Assembly: GCA_000002435.2 (NCBI GenBank)
Contig: CM018793.1
Direction: 5' to 3' (one strand)
From: Giardia intestinalis
Taxonomy: Eukaryota
Length of the DNA stretch: 64,000 nt
The translations under genes were made by a program, and so were the position numbers. The number at the start of each line of letters is the position of its first letter. Positions within the stretch are counted from its first letter, which is position 1. Below, piece after piece: positions 18,528-29,124 of the stretch. The notes below the pieces were generated by a model. The model was not told where the DNA came from, searched no databases, and saw only the letters and a list, made by a program, of their open reading frames with translations.

Positions 18528-20342
18528 ATGCATTCTGCCGGCTTCCACGTACAGGACCCAGCTGTATCTTCGCAACGGTTTGTCCCAATGCCTCTCAAGT
18601 TCATCGAGAAGGCTATTGGGCAGCACGAAGTTTCGTTGGGAGCAGACCAGGGCCTTTTTAAGATTACCATCGCAGACCAGGACTCGACGTGTCTGACATC
18701 CGATGCTCCTCGTCCCACGTGTTATGTCACGTCCCCCGAACTGGTGCGTGATGCTCTTTCTGGACCGCTTCTCGGACCCGCGGAATTGTCTAAATGCTTT
18801 GTTGTCGGAATGCACAACCATGGCGTTACATGCTATGTTAATGCATGCATCCAGATGTTACAGGCTAGCGTCCATGCAATGAAGTTGCTTATCAGCACGC
18901 AATATCGCGGACTACTCGCAAAGGATCAGCTTTCTCGTGCTGTTTTCAGCACCCTTGACGATCTCCGTGATGCAGCCAGGAGCTCTCACAGGAGCTCCGG
19001 TGCGTCGTATGGGACGATGTATCCTAAGCAAATCATCAACCAACTGCCGCGCTTTCACATGTCTCCGTACTCAATGGGCGATGCTTATGAGCTTCTTCTG
19101 CTGATCCTGGACAATATTTCCACTGCAGAAATCCGAGTAGCCAGGGCAGATGAGTACGTTCCCCCAAATCGCGACACAACAGCGATTGATCAGCTATTCG
19201 GGCAGCTACAACGAACAACAATTTCCTGCAGCACATGCAAAAAGGATACTATCAGCTACTCTTTGACACGGTCCCTCCAGCTTCCTCTGAACACCTCGCT
19301 CTATGGGGCGATGAAGAAGTATTTTAGGGGCAGCGAGGTGGACGGATATCGATGTGAAAAGTGTGGACAGAAGACAAAGATATCTATGGTTCAGAACATA
19401 TGTAATACACCAACGATTGCCCTTTTCTGCATTTCGCGGTGGGACAGCTATGGAATGAAGAACTCTCAGCCATGTGCGTGTCCGCTGGAGCTTGACATGT
19501 CTCGAGGTCTGTCACGGGATATAGTTGAGCCTCTTGCTCCAAAGCATAGCAAACAGAAGAAGCACGGTAAGCAGAGGGGTTCGTTGGCAAGCATGCTAGC
19601 CAACCCTGACAAACATATTGGCGCCCCATCCACTGTGACTCATCGGCTTGTTGCAATGATAAATCACCACGGTTCTACCATGAATTCGGGCCACTATACC
19701 GCGTTTGTTCGAGATGTCACCTCGGGGGTCTGGTACCTTGTGGATGACTCGATAGTCACGCGGGCATCTGAGGCAGAAGTTTCAGCAGGAACCGATGCAT
19801 ACGTGCTACTGTACGAAAAAGCAGACATATCTGTAAGAGGGGCTGCTGTAGCTCACGAAGTTATTGCATCTGTACATGAGGACGAGGAGATCTTAAGTTC
19901 CCTACCCTCCTCAGCTCAGCAGAATACAAAGAAGACGTCAACTGTTGCGGCTAGCAGCATTGTAGAAGGCAACAATCCAGTTGACACACCCCCTAGGAGG
20001 AGTTCTAAGATGTGTACCGATCCAAGTTCACTTGAGAAAGTCCTCTATCCAAACAAAGTGGAAACATGGACCGGCGAGGACCTTCCACCAGAAATATTGA
20101 CAGCCAAAGCACCGAATGGAGAACTTGCACTGGTAAGCGACTACTTGCATAGAGGTCCCGATGAGATGGACGCCGAAATTGATCGAGGTAGGCGTCGGAA
20201 AACTAAAGCTATCAGAGAAGAGAACCACCGGCAACACACGCTCGAGGCAAGAAAGAAAAAACACGAGCGGACGCAGCAGTGGAAGAAAAGGATTGCTTCG
20301 CGTACGATAGTTAATATATTTAAGAGAATACGCAAGCAGTAG
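18528..20342 (+). CDS. ubiquitin carboxyl-terminal hydrolase (USP/UBP, peptidase C19)
   Basis: Cys box GMHNHGVTCYVNACIQML. His box HRLVAMINHHGSTMNSGHYTAFVRD plus WYLVDDSIV. ATG verified at 18528. Confidence 0.85.
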   Translation: MHSAGFHVQDPAVSSQRFVPMPLKFIEKAIGQHEVSLGADQGLFKITIADQDSTCLTSDAPRPTCYVTSPELVRDALSGPLLGPAELSKCFVVGMHNHGVTCYVNACIQMLQASVHAMKLLISTQYRGLLAKDQLSRAVFSTLDDLRDAARSSHRSSGASYGTMYPKQIINQLPRFHMSPYSMGDAYELLLLILDNISTAEIRVARADEYVPPNRDTTAIDQLFGQLQRTTISCSTCKKDTISYSLTRSLQLPLNTSLYGAMKKYFRGSEVDGYRCEKCGQKTKISMVQNICNTPTIALFCISRWDSYGMKNSQPCACPLELDMSRGLSRDIVEPLAPKHSKQKKHGKQRGSLASMLANPDKHIGAPSTVTHRLVAMINHHGSTMNSGHYTAFVRDVTSGVWYLVDDSIVTRASEAEVSAGTDAYVLLYEKADISVRGAAVAHEVIASVHEDEEILSSLPSSAQQNTKKTSTVAASSIVEGNNPVDTPPRRSSKMCTDPSSLEKVLYPNKVETWTGEDLPPEILTAKAPNGELALVSDYLHRGPDEMDAEIDRGRRRKTKAIREENHRQHTLEARKKKHERTQQWKKRIASRTIVNIFKRIRKQ

Positions 20343-20374
20343 CGTCCCAACATCTAAGGATCTTATGGGGAGGG

Positions 20375-20767
20375 CTATCGCAAAGGGTCGTTCAACAGTT
20401 CTCTTGGTGGGGTTTTATCAGTACTACCTGCGCCTGGGCTCTGTTTGGCGTATGACGGTGCTTGTGCTTCTCTGCCTTTCATTGGCTCTATGCCCTTGAA
20501 AATACTCAAATCCATTTGAGCAAAGGCCTTCCTGTTATCGAATACAAGTGTAAATGACTCTGCGGCGGTATTTTCCAGAACCTTATGAAAGTCTTCTTTG
20601 GCCGCGTTGGGCTTGTTCATTAACTGGTCTAGTTTATTTAGAGATAGTAGCTGGTTCCCCAGCTCTTTTGTAAAGTAGTGGAACGCTGGATTGTGGGCAT
20701 GCTCTAACGAAGACTTTATGTTAATAAGAGACGAGCGCAAGGCTTTAATTTCTCTACTAATCTCCAT
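20375..20767 (-). CDS. hypothetical small protein (130 aa)
   Basis: ATG-initiated (cat at 20765-20767). Diverges from the 20859 gene across a 91-bp spacer. No recognisable domain. Confidence 0.45.
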   Translation of the reverse strand: MEISREIKALRSSLINIKSSLEHAHNPAFHYFTKELGNQLLSLNKLDQLMNKPNAAKEDFHKVLENTAAESFTLVFDNRKAFAQMDLSIFKGIEPMKGREAQAPSYAKQSPGAGSTDKTPPRELLNDPLR

Positions 20768-20858
20768 GCACAGAACTACTCTCGCTCTAGTACGCTCTTA
20801 GGACAGAAAGTGAACAGCAGAGACTCTGGCTGTTTTCCAGGGGACTCAAAAATAAATC
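20768..20858. promoter_or_regulatory. short divergent intergenic region with an A-rich initiator (aaaaataaatcATG) for the 20859 gene
   Basis: 91-bp spacer between divergent starts; the A-rich sequence abuts the + ATG. Confidence 0.3.
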
Positions 20859-23800
20859 ATGAATTTAGTACATCCGTCAATCAAGCCACTGGCATATGCT
20901 TTAATCGATCAATCATTCGCAGACAAATGTTCGCAGATATGCAGTGGGTCTGCACTGTTATTTGCTCTGTGTGGTACAAGCAAACTTTTCTTTTTTCAGA
21001 GGCCTGAGATTAACGAGGAGCTTCTTAACAACGATGAAGCGGTTACAGGTTCCCCTTTGCTAGCACTAAAACTACCGTGCATGGCTGATGCTGCCACCAT
21101 TGTTTGGCCCTATTGCGTGCTCCTAAACGAGCGAACAGTCTCTATTCTATCAATTAATGTCAGTGACACAAACGTCACGTTGAAAAGCGTCTCTACTATA
21201 CGCCTCCACCATTCAGCTGCGCACCTCGTGGGCCAGAAGCTTCCAGAAGGGTGCATATTTATGGCGTACTCGTCCATCGGTATGTACACGATCTTCAAAG
21301 GAGATACTATACTTGCACATGCTTCTATTCTCAACCCTATTCTAGGTTGCTATTTTTGGAACGATCTTCTGGCTATCATTGGTCCAGCGGAGATAAGACT
21401 CTACGGAAAGCTCACCGATCTCTATTCTGGAAACACCGAGGGAAAATTAGAGTGCTTTGCGACTTACTCATTCGCAACCATTATCCCCACACCTATACGT
21501 TCTCCGATAAACGTACAGTTTCATCCATCAAATGAGTCCAAAGAATTATACGTGATAATAGGTAACAACTTGTTACTACTTGACGCTAACCAGTTGAGGG
21601 AAATTTCTTATGCCAAAGAACTTTTCCCTGATGAGACCCCCCAGATTCGCGGTCTTTCCTTCATTCAGAGCTGGGCAGAACAGGACATGCTCCTTGCCCA
21701 CACCGAAGATACAATGATTGTTTCTACTGTTACACACATGCGTCCACTGCTAAAGCTTAGCGCTGATGGTGACATGTCAGTTACTTTCTCTGCAGCCGTT
21801 GCAGATGATCTTCTGCTCTGCATTTCGCGGACAACAGGTGCCTTCTATATCCCCACCTTTCAGCCGCTACCGAATATTCTCTCAGAAAACAGCCTTAAGG
21901 AGCTGGATTATGTCTACACTGATAACCTTATTCTTTCAGACACTATATATGGCACGTTTATTACAGCTCCTGACCTGCCACTGCACTATGTTTTAATAAC
22001 GGAAAATGAATCGGTTCTACTTTGTGAAACGCCCAATGTCAACGCAGAATTTCTCGGATCCATGGTTCTCCGTGATACAGAAGGTGTCAGCGTCTTATCT
22101 GCAGGACAGCTTGTTATTTGTGAACGGAATATCTACTGCCGAGGCTATTGGCAGTACCCTATGCAGGAGCCCACCAGAGACACTGTTCAACAAGTCTATG
22201 CACTCGAGGGCAATCATGCAGCACCGACCGACTACTACTTATTTGTTACAAACAATCAGCTCGTTGTCTACAGAATCATCTTTATAGAAGTAGATGATGG
22301 AGGTGGCAAGCAACCAAGTCTCAAACTCATCACACAAATAGACATCCCGCATAGCTACGGTCATGGCATGGTTGTTCACAACATGGTCAGCAAAATAGTG
22401 TATGAAGAGATAGATATCATCTCTATAGCCCTGCAATCAGACGAGAAGGGCCAGATACTCGACTTCCCGTGCGCATGGGACCCCGTCTCTGAAACGTATA
22501 ACTTTATGGAGCCTAATAGCCTGGACAACTTTCAATTCCCCCGTATACTGACAGAAAAAAGCATGAATAGGATGCTCTATGGCTTTCCGAACAACTCCGA
22601 TGTTGCGTTCTTTGTCTCTACGCTAAACGGAGAGGTCCTGTTTAGATATTCTAACCCCGACTCCAAGTCCTTCGACAGTAGATGCGTAGCAGAGCACATA
22701 GATGTGAGTAATAGCGGTGAAACAGATATCCTCATCCAGCTTAAGGACAAGGCTGACAAGATCCCCATATGCTGTCAGTTCTTCTGTGACAACCTTCTCT
22801 GCATGATGAAGCTGTCCCACACTCTCATCGTGTTTGACTTCCAAACGTTTCAGCAGAAGGTCTATGAGCTTCGGGAGATTGTGTGCACAGTAACGGATGC
22901 CAAGATGGACATCAAGTCGTTGGGTGTGCCAAAGGCAATCATGCAAACAAGCGATCGTTTGGTAGTCTTTATAGGCTCTAATCTCTACTATGTCAGCTGG
23001 TCAGAAACGGATGGGTATTACGATCTATACTACATTTATTCTCAACCAATCCTAGGGATACATCGTATCAACTCTGTGGCTACTCGGTTTGTTGCTCTAA
23101 GCTCCTTCAATGAAAAGGTCTGCTTCTTCGAACTTTCGATAGCTCAATCCAGCAACGGTCTTTTCTTTGAGGACAAGTGGACATTTGAAGGTCATCATCT
23201 ATTTATCGATGACATCAACGATCGCGTGCAAGACATAGACATCCAGATGCAGACAGTTCAGGTCTTTCAAGCCGCCAACACGATGCTGCTGTATCTCCCC
23301 AAAAAACAACAGATTCTAACCTACAGTGTCACCACAAAGGCTAGAGAGATGGACCTAACAAGCCTGGATGTCCCAGCTGATGACGCAGGTGGGAATCTTT
23401 GCAATATCCTCATGAAGAGGCGAAAGTATCGCAAAGTACAAATTAATCTGGAAGCAATCAATCACATACACAAATATGAGCATCAATTTGTTCACCTACA
23501 CTTCTTCAGTACACAAAACCCAAGGCTTATGTCAACTATTTTCAAGCACCTTGACCTGAACTTGCCTGAGATAATGAAGCTCCATGACTCTAGCACCAAC
23601 CAACGCGTTCAGACGGAACTTACTGTGTTGCAGGACGCGCTTTCGCGCGGAGAAGACCTCAGTCAGAAGAGTGCTATCCTCTATGGCGTCTTTGGGTATT
23701 GTAGCAGGGCTCGACGGCTCTTTCTTCTGGCGCTTTTTCTAGATTGCGTGGCATGTCCCTTCTTGTTTTTAAAGGATAAGAGCTTTGAATACGCACGAGA

Positions 23801-24548
23801 CTTGAGCATGCAAGATTGCAAAGGCTACATGACTGCAATTAAAAAGGATCCCGCATTCATATTTCTTCAGACCTCTGCTCGGAATTGCTCTCCTGAGCTC
23901 AGCGAAATCACTTCAGGACAAACAGAAGTACTTGACAGTTGTCAGATTAACGACAAGGTTATTGTTTTTACCTCTGCGGGGCACTGTTATATGTACGAGT
24001 TGATTGAAAACCCCACCTTGAACAACCACGGGGGTGGCTCTAAGCAAGCACTTTCGCTCGTGACTGATTTGATAACCTTCCGCCTTAATAGCCACGTAGA
24101 TGTTTGTGGATTGGTGCGTACTTGCGCGACTGGAAACCCGTCATTGGTTTGTGTTGGTAAGCCGGCCGTCGCCTTGCCAAATGCATCCACTGATCCACTG
24201 ATCAATTACAGCATACACAGTCTCCATCTTATCTTACGCATAGCAGATGGCTACTATCTCCTCATTGTGGACTTTTATGATACATTGCACACAGCAACGT
24301 ACAGCTCACTGACGCCGCTCTTGTGTGCAAAGCCCACAGCCATGCTCATTCTAAAAGATTACGCAGTCATAGCCTGGAAGAACAAAATCCTACTTCTACA
24401 CCTCCCAGAGGCTGTTCTGCTCAAGACGTACATCGTTTCAAATGAAGTACTCAATGTGCACTATTCTGGGGGATACATTATAATCTTTACTATGGAGGGG
24501 AAGATATGGCGGTTAAACCTTCTCGATGACAAGTCACTTGAAAACTAA
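20859..24548 (+). CDS. hypothetical large protein (1229 aa)
   Basis: Long ATG ORF verified at 20859. Composition suggests beta-rich N-terminal two-thirds and helical C-terminus. No motif I can name. Confidence 0.65.
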   Translation: MNLVHPSIKPLAYALIDQSFADKCSQICSGSALLFALCGTSKLFFFQRPEINEELLNNDEAVTGSPLLALKLPCMADAATIVWPYCVLLNERTVSILSINVSDTNVTLKSVSTIRLHHSAAHLVGQKLPEGCIFMAYSSIGMYTIFKGDTILAHASILNPILGCYFWNDLLAIIGPAEIRLYGKLTDLYSGNTEGKLECFATYSFATIIPTPIRSPINVQFHPSNESKELYVIIGNNLLLLDANQLREISYAKELFPDETPQIRGLSFIQSWAEQDMLLAHTEDTMIVSTVTHMRPLLKLSADGDMSVTFSAAVADDLLLCISRTTGAFYIPTFQPLPNILSENSLKELDYVYTDNLILSDTIYGTFITAPDLPLHYVLITENESVLLCETPNVNAEFLGSMVLRDTEGVSVLSAGQLVICERNIYCRGYWQYPMQEPTRDTVQQVYALEGNHAAPTDYYLFVTNNQLVVYRIIFIEVDDGGGKQPSLKLITQIDIPHSYGHGMVVHNMVSKIVYEEIDIISIALQSDEKGQILDFPCAWDPVSETYNFMEPNSLDNFQFPRILTEKSMNRMLYGFPNNSDVAFFVSTLNGEVLFRYSNPDSKSFDSRCVAEHIDVSNSGETDILIQLKDKADKIPICCQFFCDNLLCMMKLSHTLIVFDFQTFQQKVYELREIVCTVTDAKMDIKSLGVPKAIMQTSDRLVVFIGSNLYYVSWSETDGYYDLYYIYSQPILGIHRINSVATRFVALSSFNEKVCFFELSIAQSSNGLFFEDKWTFEGHHLFIDDINDRVQDIDIQMQTVQVFQAANTMLLYLPKKQQILTYSVTTKAREMDLTSLDVPADDAGGNLCNILMKRRKYRKVQINLEAINHIHKYEHQFVHLHFFSTQNPRLMSTIFKHLDLNLPEIMKLHDSSTNQRVQTELTVLQDALSRGEDLSQKSAILYGVFGYCSRARRLFLLALFLDCVACPFLFLKDKSFEYARDLSMQDCKGYMTAIKKDPAFIFLQTSARNCSPELSEITSGQTEVLDSCQINDKVIVFTSAGHCYMYELIENPTLNNHGGGSKQALSLVTDLITFRLNSHVDVCGLVRTCATGNPSLVCVGKPAVALPNASTDPLINYSIHSLHLILRIADGYYLLIVDFYDTLHTATYSSLTPLLCAKPTAMLILKDYAVIAWKNKILLLHLPEAVLLKTYIVSNEVLNVHYSGGYIIIFTMEGKIWRLNLLDDKSLEN

Positions 24549-24564
24549 AAAATCACTGAGCAGC

Positions 24565-25980
24565 CGGATGGATGGGCTCACACAGCCGTTCACCGACCAG
24601 CCAATGGAGGTCATGACCGATGAGCAGCTCAAGGAAATACATGAAAAGAAGATCATCGACGCAATCAACGGCTCCATTTTTGGACTTGCCAAAGTGGTCA
24701 AGGAAACTCAGCACATCGAAGTCCCAGTGGCCACTCTGGATCAGGGGTTGCCTCTGAAGCCGTCAAGCGTCCTTGCAACCCTTATGATGTTCTACAACAC
24801 AGCATATCTCCTTCCCTTGTCCAAAGTTATCGATGACATCCCCCCGCAATTTAAAGCGCTTTTCAGCGAGCATTACGCCGAAAAGTATCAATATATCCTC
24901 AATATCTATGCTCAATACGGTATTTTGAAAGAGTTCCTAGCCGATTGCAAGTATCCGGGCTTTTCCTTTACTGACATCTTTATGCCTGCATTCAAGCGCT
25001 ACAAAGCCCAGCTGCACAATATCTCTGAATTTTTATGGTTCCGTGAGGCGGTAATTGAAATCCTTCACTCAGCCCTAACAGAATACAAAACTGCGTACAC
25101 TCAAAATAAGCCTGTTTTGGAATCTGCATCAGCCCTTAAGCTAGGAATTAGTCGCATAACAGATGAAACTGTAAAGCTCCGGGAGACGGCCTCTCAGCTG
25201 CCATCGCGGATCGATCCCCTTATTCAACGATACAACAGAGCACTCGAGAGCCAACAACGTCTTGATAAGGAAAATAGCGAGTTCACCAACCGGATACTTG
25301 TGCTGACTAACGAACTAGTTGAGCTGGAAGGTCAAGTCAAGAAGAAAACCGAAGAATATGAATCTGAAAAAAGCACTCTAATCACTAAAAAACAAAACGA
25401 TGCCGTTCTTCAGGACATACAAGCTGCTGAGGCCTTAGGAAATGACCTGAGAACTCAGTGCGATGCTCTCTTATCATCGATCAATATTTTTGAGCAGCAC
25501 AACAATGATCTTCTGGGGATAACCGACAAGATAACCGAACTGATTGACACAGCTGATCAATATAGTAGCTCCAGTGACAATCTGCAGGCACAGTTGGAGA
25601 GCCTACAGGTAATGAAGGATACCGTTAATACCCTGGACGCGCAGATTAATGCATCCAAACAAGAAATAGAGAATATGAACAATGCAATGCAGTATGGATC
25701 TGCCGTAGAGCAAGAACAGGACAACCCTAGTCTTCGCGCAGATGAAGAGGAGCTTCGGCGACTCACCGAAGATTGCGAAGGCCTGGAAGCCACATATGCT
25801 AAGAAGCTCAGTCAGGTTAGAGCCCTACAGCAAGAAATCAATGACGAGAATGCAAAAATAACCAGGGTGAGAGTGGATACCGCTGAAAAGATCGACCAGC
25901 TGTCTGACAAGGCCAATGAAATGATGTCAATGTTTGTAGCGCAACTCACAGGAATGATAAGCAAGCTCAGCTCCATGTAA
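24565..25980 (+). CDS. coiled-coil protein (alternative upstream ATG at 24526 would overlap the previous gene by 23 nt)
   Basis: The track start 24526 is an ATG but overlaps the stop of the 20859 gene. The ATG at 24565 is preceded by A-rich ctaaaaaatca. The C-terminal 250 aa are strongly heptad-like. Confidence 0.55.
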   Translation, partial: RMDGLTQPFTDQPMEVMTDEQLKEIHEKKIIDAINGSIFGLAKVVKETQHIEVPVATLDQGLPLKPSSVLATLMMFYNTAYLLPLSKVIDDIPPQFKALFSEHYAEKYQYILNIYAQYGILKEFLADCKYPGFSFTDIFMPAFKRYKAQLHNISEFLWFREAVIEILHSALTEYKTAYTQNKPVLESASALKLGISRITDETVKLRETASQLPSRIDPLIQRYNRALESQQRLDKENSEFTNRILVLTNELVELEGQVKKKTEEYESEKSTLITKKQNDAVLQDIQAAEALGNDLRTQCDALLSSINIFEQHNNDLLGITDKITELIDTADQYSSSSDNLQAQLESLQVMKDTVNTLDAQINASKQEIENMNNAMQYGSAVEQEQDNPSLRADEEELRRLTEDCEGLEATYAKKLSQVRALQQEINDENAKITRVRVDTAEKIDQLSDKANEMMSMFVAQLTGMISKLSSM

Positions 25981-25989
25981 TCATGTAAA

Positions 25990-28797
25990 CTAGATATTCA
26001 GCGCCTCCATAGCCTTGGCGAGGACCAGATCTTCTTCTGGCGTCAGGGAACAGTTCGCAAGCTCTACCAACGAAGGGATATCATGTTCACCTTCGACAGA
26101 AGGGATTGAGCTAGTAGTCGGATTGTGGGAAACATAGGTGTAGCTAGGGGGTAGGAATCTCTCATGAATGTGCTGGTAAGTTGGAGGGATTTCCCCCTCT
26201 TCCAGATTAGAAAAGGTTTCTTCCCGCATGTCAGGCGTAAATAACCCTCCTGCAATATAGAATGGTTGGTTAGGGGACAGATAGGAGGACGCATGCTGTA
26301 AGGACCCGCCCATAATGGATGAGTCGCTGTGGTAGTGCTGAAAACGCTCTGGTGTGTCACTGACAGCGGAGACAGAGTGCAGGTCCATGATGTTATTTAC
26401 GCACGAGAGATAGCTGAGATCAGAAGGCGTTTTGGGAACAGGCTTGGCGACTATTGGAGCTCCGCTGGGACGAAACGGGTGGGCAAGAATGGCCTGAACT
26501 TCTTCCCGACTATCTATAGAGTGCTTTTCAGAGGGCTGTGCTTGATGCGGTGTAACCTTTTTTGAAACGTTAGGAACCTCCTGTTGAATGGAAGCAGAGT
26601 TGTAGGCAGGCGTTGATATAGGGGGTGACAAGTCCTTTACTGTTCGTGGAGGAAGCCGCCCCCTCGTAGAGTATGGAGTGGAGCTAGGTGTGCTGTCAAT
26701 ACATGCACTACTCTTCTCTCGTGAGAGTACGAAAAGGACTTCGTTATAATCTGTACTATCAGGGTCCTGAATCGTAAAGCCGCTAGCGTTATAATTCAGA
26801 TCTACTGTAGGTGCAATATGATTAGATGCATGGGCCAGATTATCAGCAATTGGTGTGTTAGAGGCAGGGGCTACTTCAGGGCGACGGATAGCTGTAACGA
26901 TTATCTCTTTAGCTTGCGGTCCTGACTCTTTTGCAGATGTTCTTTTCTGCGCTATAGTGTGCTGGAGGCGTGTTATTTGATGAGCATGGACCGGCTCGCC
27001 AGTACAGTTATCTTCGTATGAGTGTTGTGGAGCTGCTTGGTGAACAACTAGCTGAGCAGAGGGAAGTGATGCTTCCAGTGTGATATCTTTTGGAGCAATC
27101 CTGGTAAGAGAGCTTCTATGTAGATAGTTCAATTGCGGCTCTAAGGAAGGTGAGTCGCTGGGAGGAGGCTGTGCATCTACCTGCTTCAAAGCCTCAGAGG
27201 CACACTCTATTGGGTGATTACCTGATAATATCCCAGCCTTATGTTGGCATTTCCCACAAGGGGCGTATTTGGTTACATATAAAGGATAATTGGCAAGGTC
27301 CTTACCCAGAGATAGCCACTTTACCTTTTCATTGCTATCCTCAGAATAACTAGAATAGTAATATGACGAAGAGCTGCTCTCTGTACTAGAGGATCTTTTG
27401 GAGCAGGGCTTTTTGCTTGATCTTCTCTTAGACTTCGTGCTAACTTTTGGCTTGGCTGATGTCTGGGTCGTAGATATAGATTGATCAGTTTTAGAGTTAG
27501 ATTCCCTGTTAGAGTTAGAGAATGTAACCGACGAGAGATGCTCATTCGCTTGTCCAAAACATGGCGTCAAAACGCTGGCAGGTTGAGACAATCTGTTTTC
27601 TATATCATAAGCGTTTTTCATCTGTTGTGCTCGAGCAGCTATCTCTGTCATTTTATCTGGAGCCTTATCCAGCTTCTCTTTGTGTTGTCTTAGTATGGCT
27701 TTTTGAATGAGAACACTCAGCGGCTCTGGTTCCTGCTTATCGTTATAAGAATTTTTGACTGAAACAATCTCCACGATATCTGGTGATGTAGCGGATTCAT
27801 TTGGATTTAGTTCCCGCTGATCAATTGAAGGAGCTGACTTAGCAGATGGCATCATAGGTAGTAGCTCTGGTTTAGAAATGACAGGAATGATACCAGAAGG
27901 TACAATAGATGGAGAACTTGTGGCGCGATCGAAGTAACTCGGCTGAATAGCTGCAGGTGCTGGTATCCGATTGGCTAAAACTGTTCTTGTTATGCTCAGT
28001 ACTTGTCCAGCACCAGTGGGTAAAGGTACAGTTTTCGTGTCTCTATCTACATGTGCTATGACGCCAGGGAGATCTACACTATCATTGCTGAAGGACGATA
28101 AAGTCTCCTGTATCCCAGCCTTGTTCAAAGCCGGTGATATCGCATATGGAGGTGGAGTTTGATTGGGTGCATGTGGAAACATTCTACCAGGAGGTGTATG
28201 CGCGTTAAGGACCTTACATGAGGTCTCATTATTCTCGGCAAGACTTTCCCCCGCGGTGGGAAGATACTTAGCGGTAATTGGCCGCTGAAATTTCGTATCT
28301 AGTACATCGTGGTGATTGAGGTGAACAGAGGGGGCAATATCCTCTGGTATCTTGTCTGCTGGCTGACGCGTCTTGTTGTGAGGAACAGCAAGAAGCTCTA
28401 ATGGACCAGCTCTATAGTGTTGATGCCACGGAGGCAAGTTTCCAGCAGTTCTAGCTATTGAGATATCAACCACTGCATCCGATATCCCAGAATTGTCTTG
28501 AGTCATAGTGTGTCTGGGAGCGATGGGTGACATAGATGAAACTGTTCGTAATGCTTGTGAAACAGCACTTTGCGCAGAATTACTTACAAGATCTGCCTGT
28601 ATCCGTCTTGAAATTAGATCAGAGAGGGTTGTTGTGGGAGAACTATGGATGTCATGTAGATCGGGTTCTGGACTTGTCGGTTGGCCTGATAAGGAAATTG
28701 TGTGCACAACAGATGCTACCACAGGATCTGAAGATTCGCTGAGGGATGGAGTGTTCGTAAGCCTTGGCCGTGTGCGTGCTAAAAGTCTACTTGACAT
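25990..28797 (-). CDS. hypothetical Ser/Pro/Thr-rich protein (935 aa)
   Basis: ATG verified (cat at 28795-28797) with an A-rich upstream sequence. It converges on the 24565 gene with a 9-nt gap. Low complexity, no named domain. Confidence 0.6.
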   Translation of the reverse strand: MSSRLLARTRPRLTNTPSLSESSDPVVASVVHTISLSGQPTSPEPDLHDIHSSPTTTLSDLISRRIQADLVSNSAQSAVSQALRTVSSMSPIAPRHTMTQDNSGISDAVVDISIARTAGNLPPWHQHYRAGPLELLAVPHNKTRQPADKIPEDIAPSVHLNHHDVLDTKFQRPITAKYLPTAGESLAENNETSCKVLNAHTPPGRMFPHAPNQTPPPYAISPALNKAGIQETLSSFSNDSVDLPGVIAHVDRDTKTVPLPTGAGQVLSITRTVLANRIPAPAAIQPSYFDRATSSPSIVPSGIIPVISKPELLPMMPSAKSAPSIDQRELNPNESATSPDIVEIVSVKNSYNDKQEPEPLSVLIQKAILRQHKEKLDKAPDKMTEIAARAQQMKNAYDIENRLSQPASVLTPCFGQANEHLSSVTFSNSNRESNSKTDQSISTTQTSAKPKVSTKSKRRSSKKPCSKRSSSTESSSSSYYYSSYSEDSNEKVKWLSLGKDLANYPLYVTKYAPCGKCQHKAGILSGNHPIECASEALKQVDAQPPPSDSPSLEPQLNYLHRSSLTRIAPKDITLEASLPSAQLVVHQAAPQHSYEDNCTGEPVHAHQITRLQHTIAQKRTSAKESGPQAKEIIVTAIRRPEVAPASNTPIADNLAHASNHIAPTVDLNYNASGFTIQDPDSTDYNEVLFVLSREKSSACIDSTPSSTPYSTRGRLPPRTVKDLSPPISTPAYNSASIQQEVPNVSKKVTPHQAQPSEKHSIDSREEVQAILAHPFRPSGAPIVAKPVPKTPSDLSYLSCVNNIMDLHSVSAVSDTPERFQHYHSDSSIMGGSLQHASSYLSPNQPFYIAGGLFTPDMREETFSNLEEGEIPPTYQHIHERFLPPSYTYVSHNPTTSSIPSVEGEHDIPSLVELANCSLTPEEDLVLAKAMEALNI

Positions 28798-29124
28798 TTT
28801 TTAGATATCCAGAGCAAGATGCCGAGAGGTATCTTAGAAGATGCAACTAGGTTACTGATGAATGGCTTAGGGGCTTGCGTGCGCCTGCTGAAAAGGATAG
28901 GTACTTGAAGCCGTCCAAATTTTCAAATTGAAAGAAATATTCTTGATGCTGACATACGTTTGCAACTTATAGAATAAGCGTGCACGAACATATTGATGAA
29001 GTAGAGGAACAACTGTGGCTAATGCCTTGTTGTGAAAACTAATCGGTATCGAACAGATGACTGGACAACAAAACCTATCGTACTTGGCAACCTATTCTCA
29101 CGCTAACCAGCTGGACACGTGACC

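Noticed and set aside
24526-24564. Upstream ATG start for the coiled-coil gene overlapping the preceding gene by 23 nt
   Set aside because: Not excluded, but the downstream ATG at 24565 avoids the overlap and has an A-rich leader. It is reported as the alternative and not the primary call.
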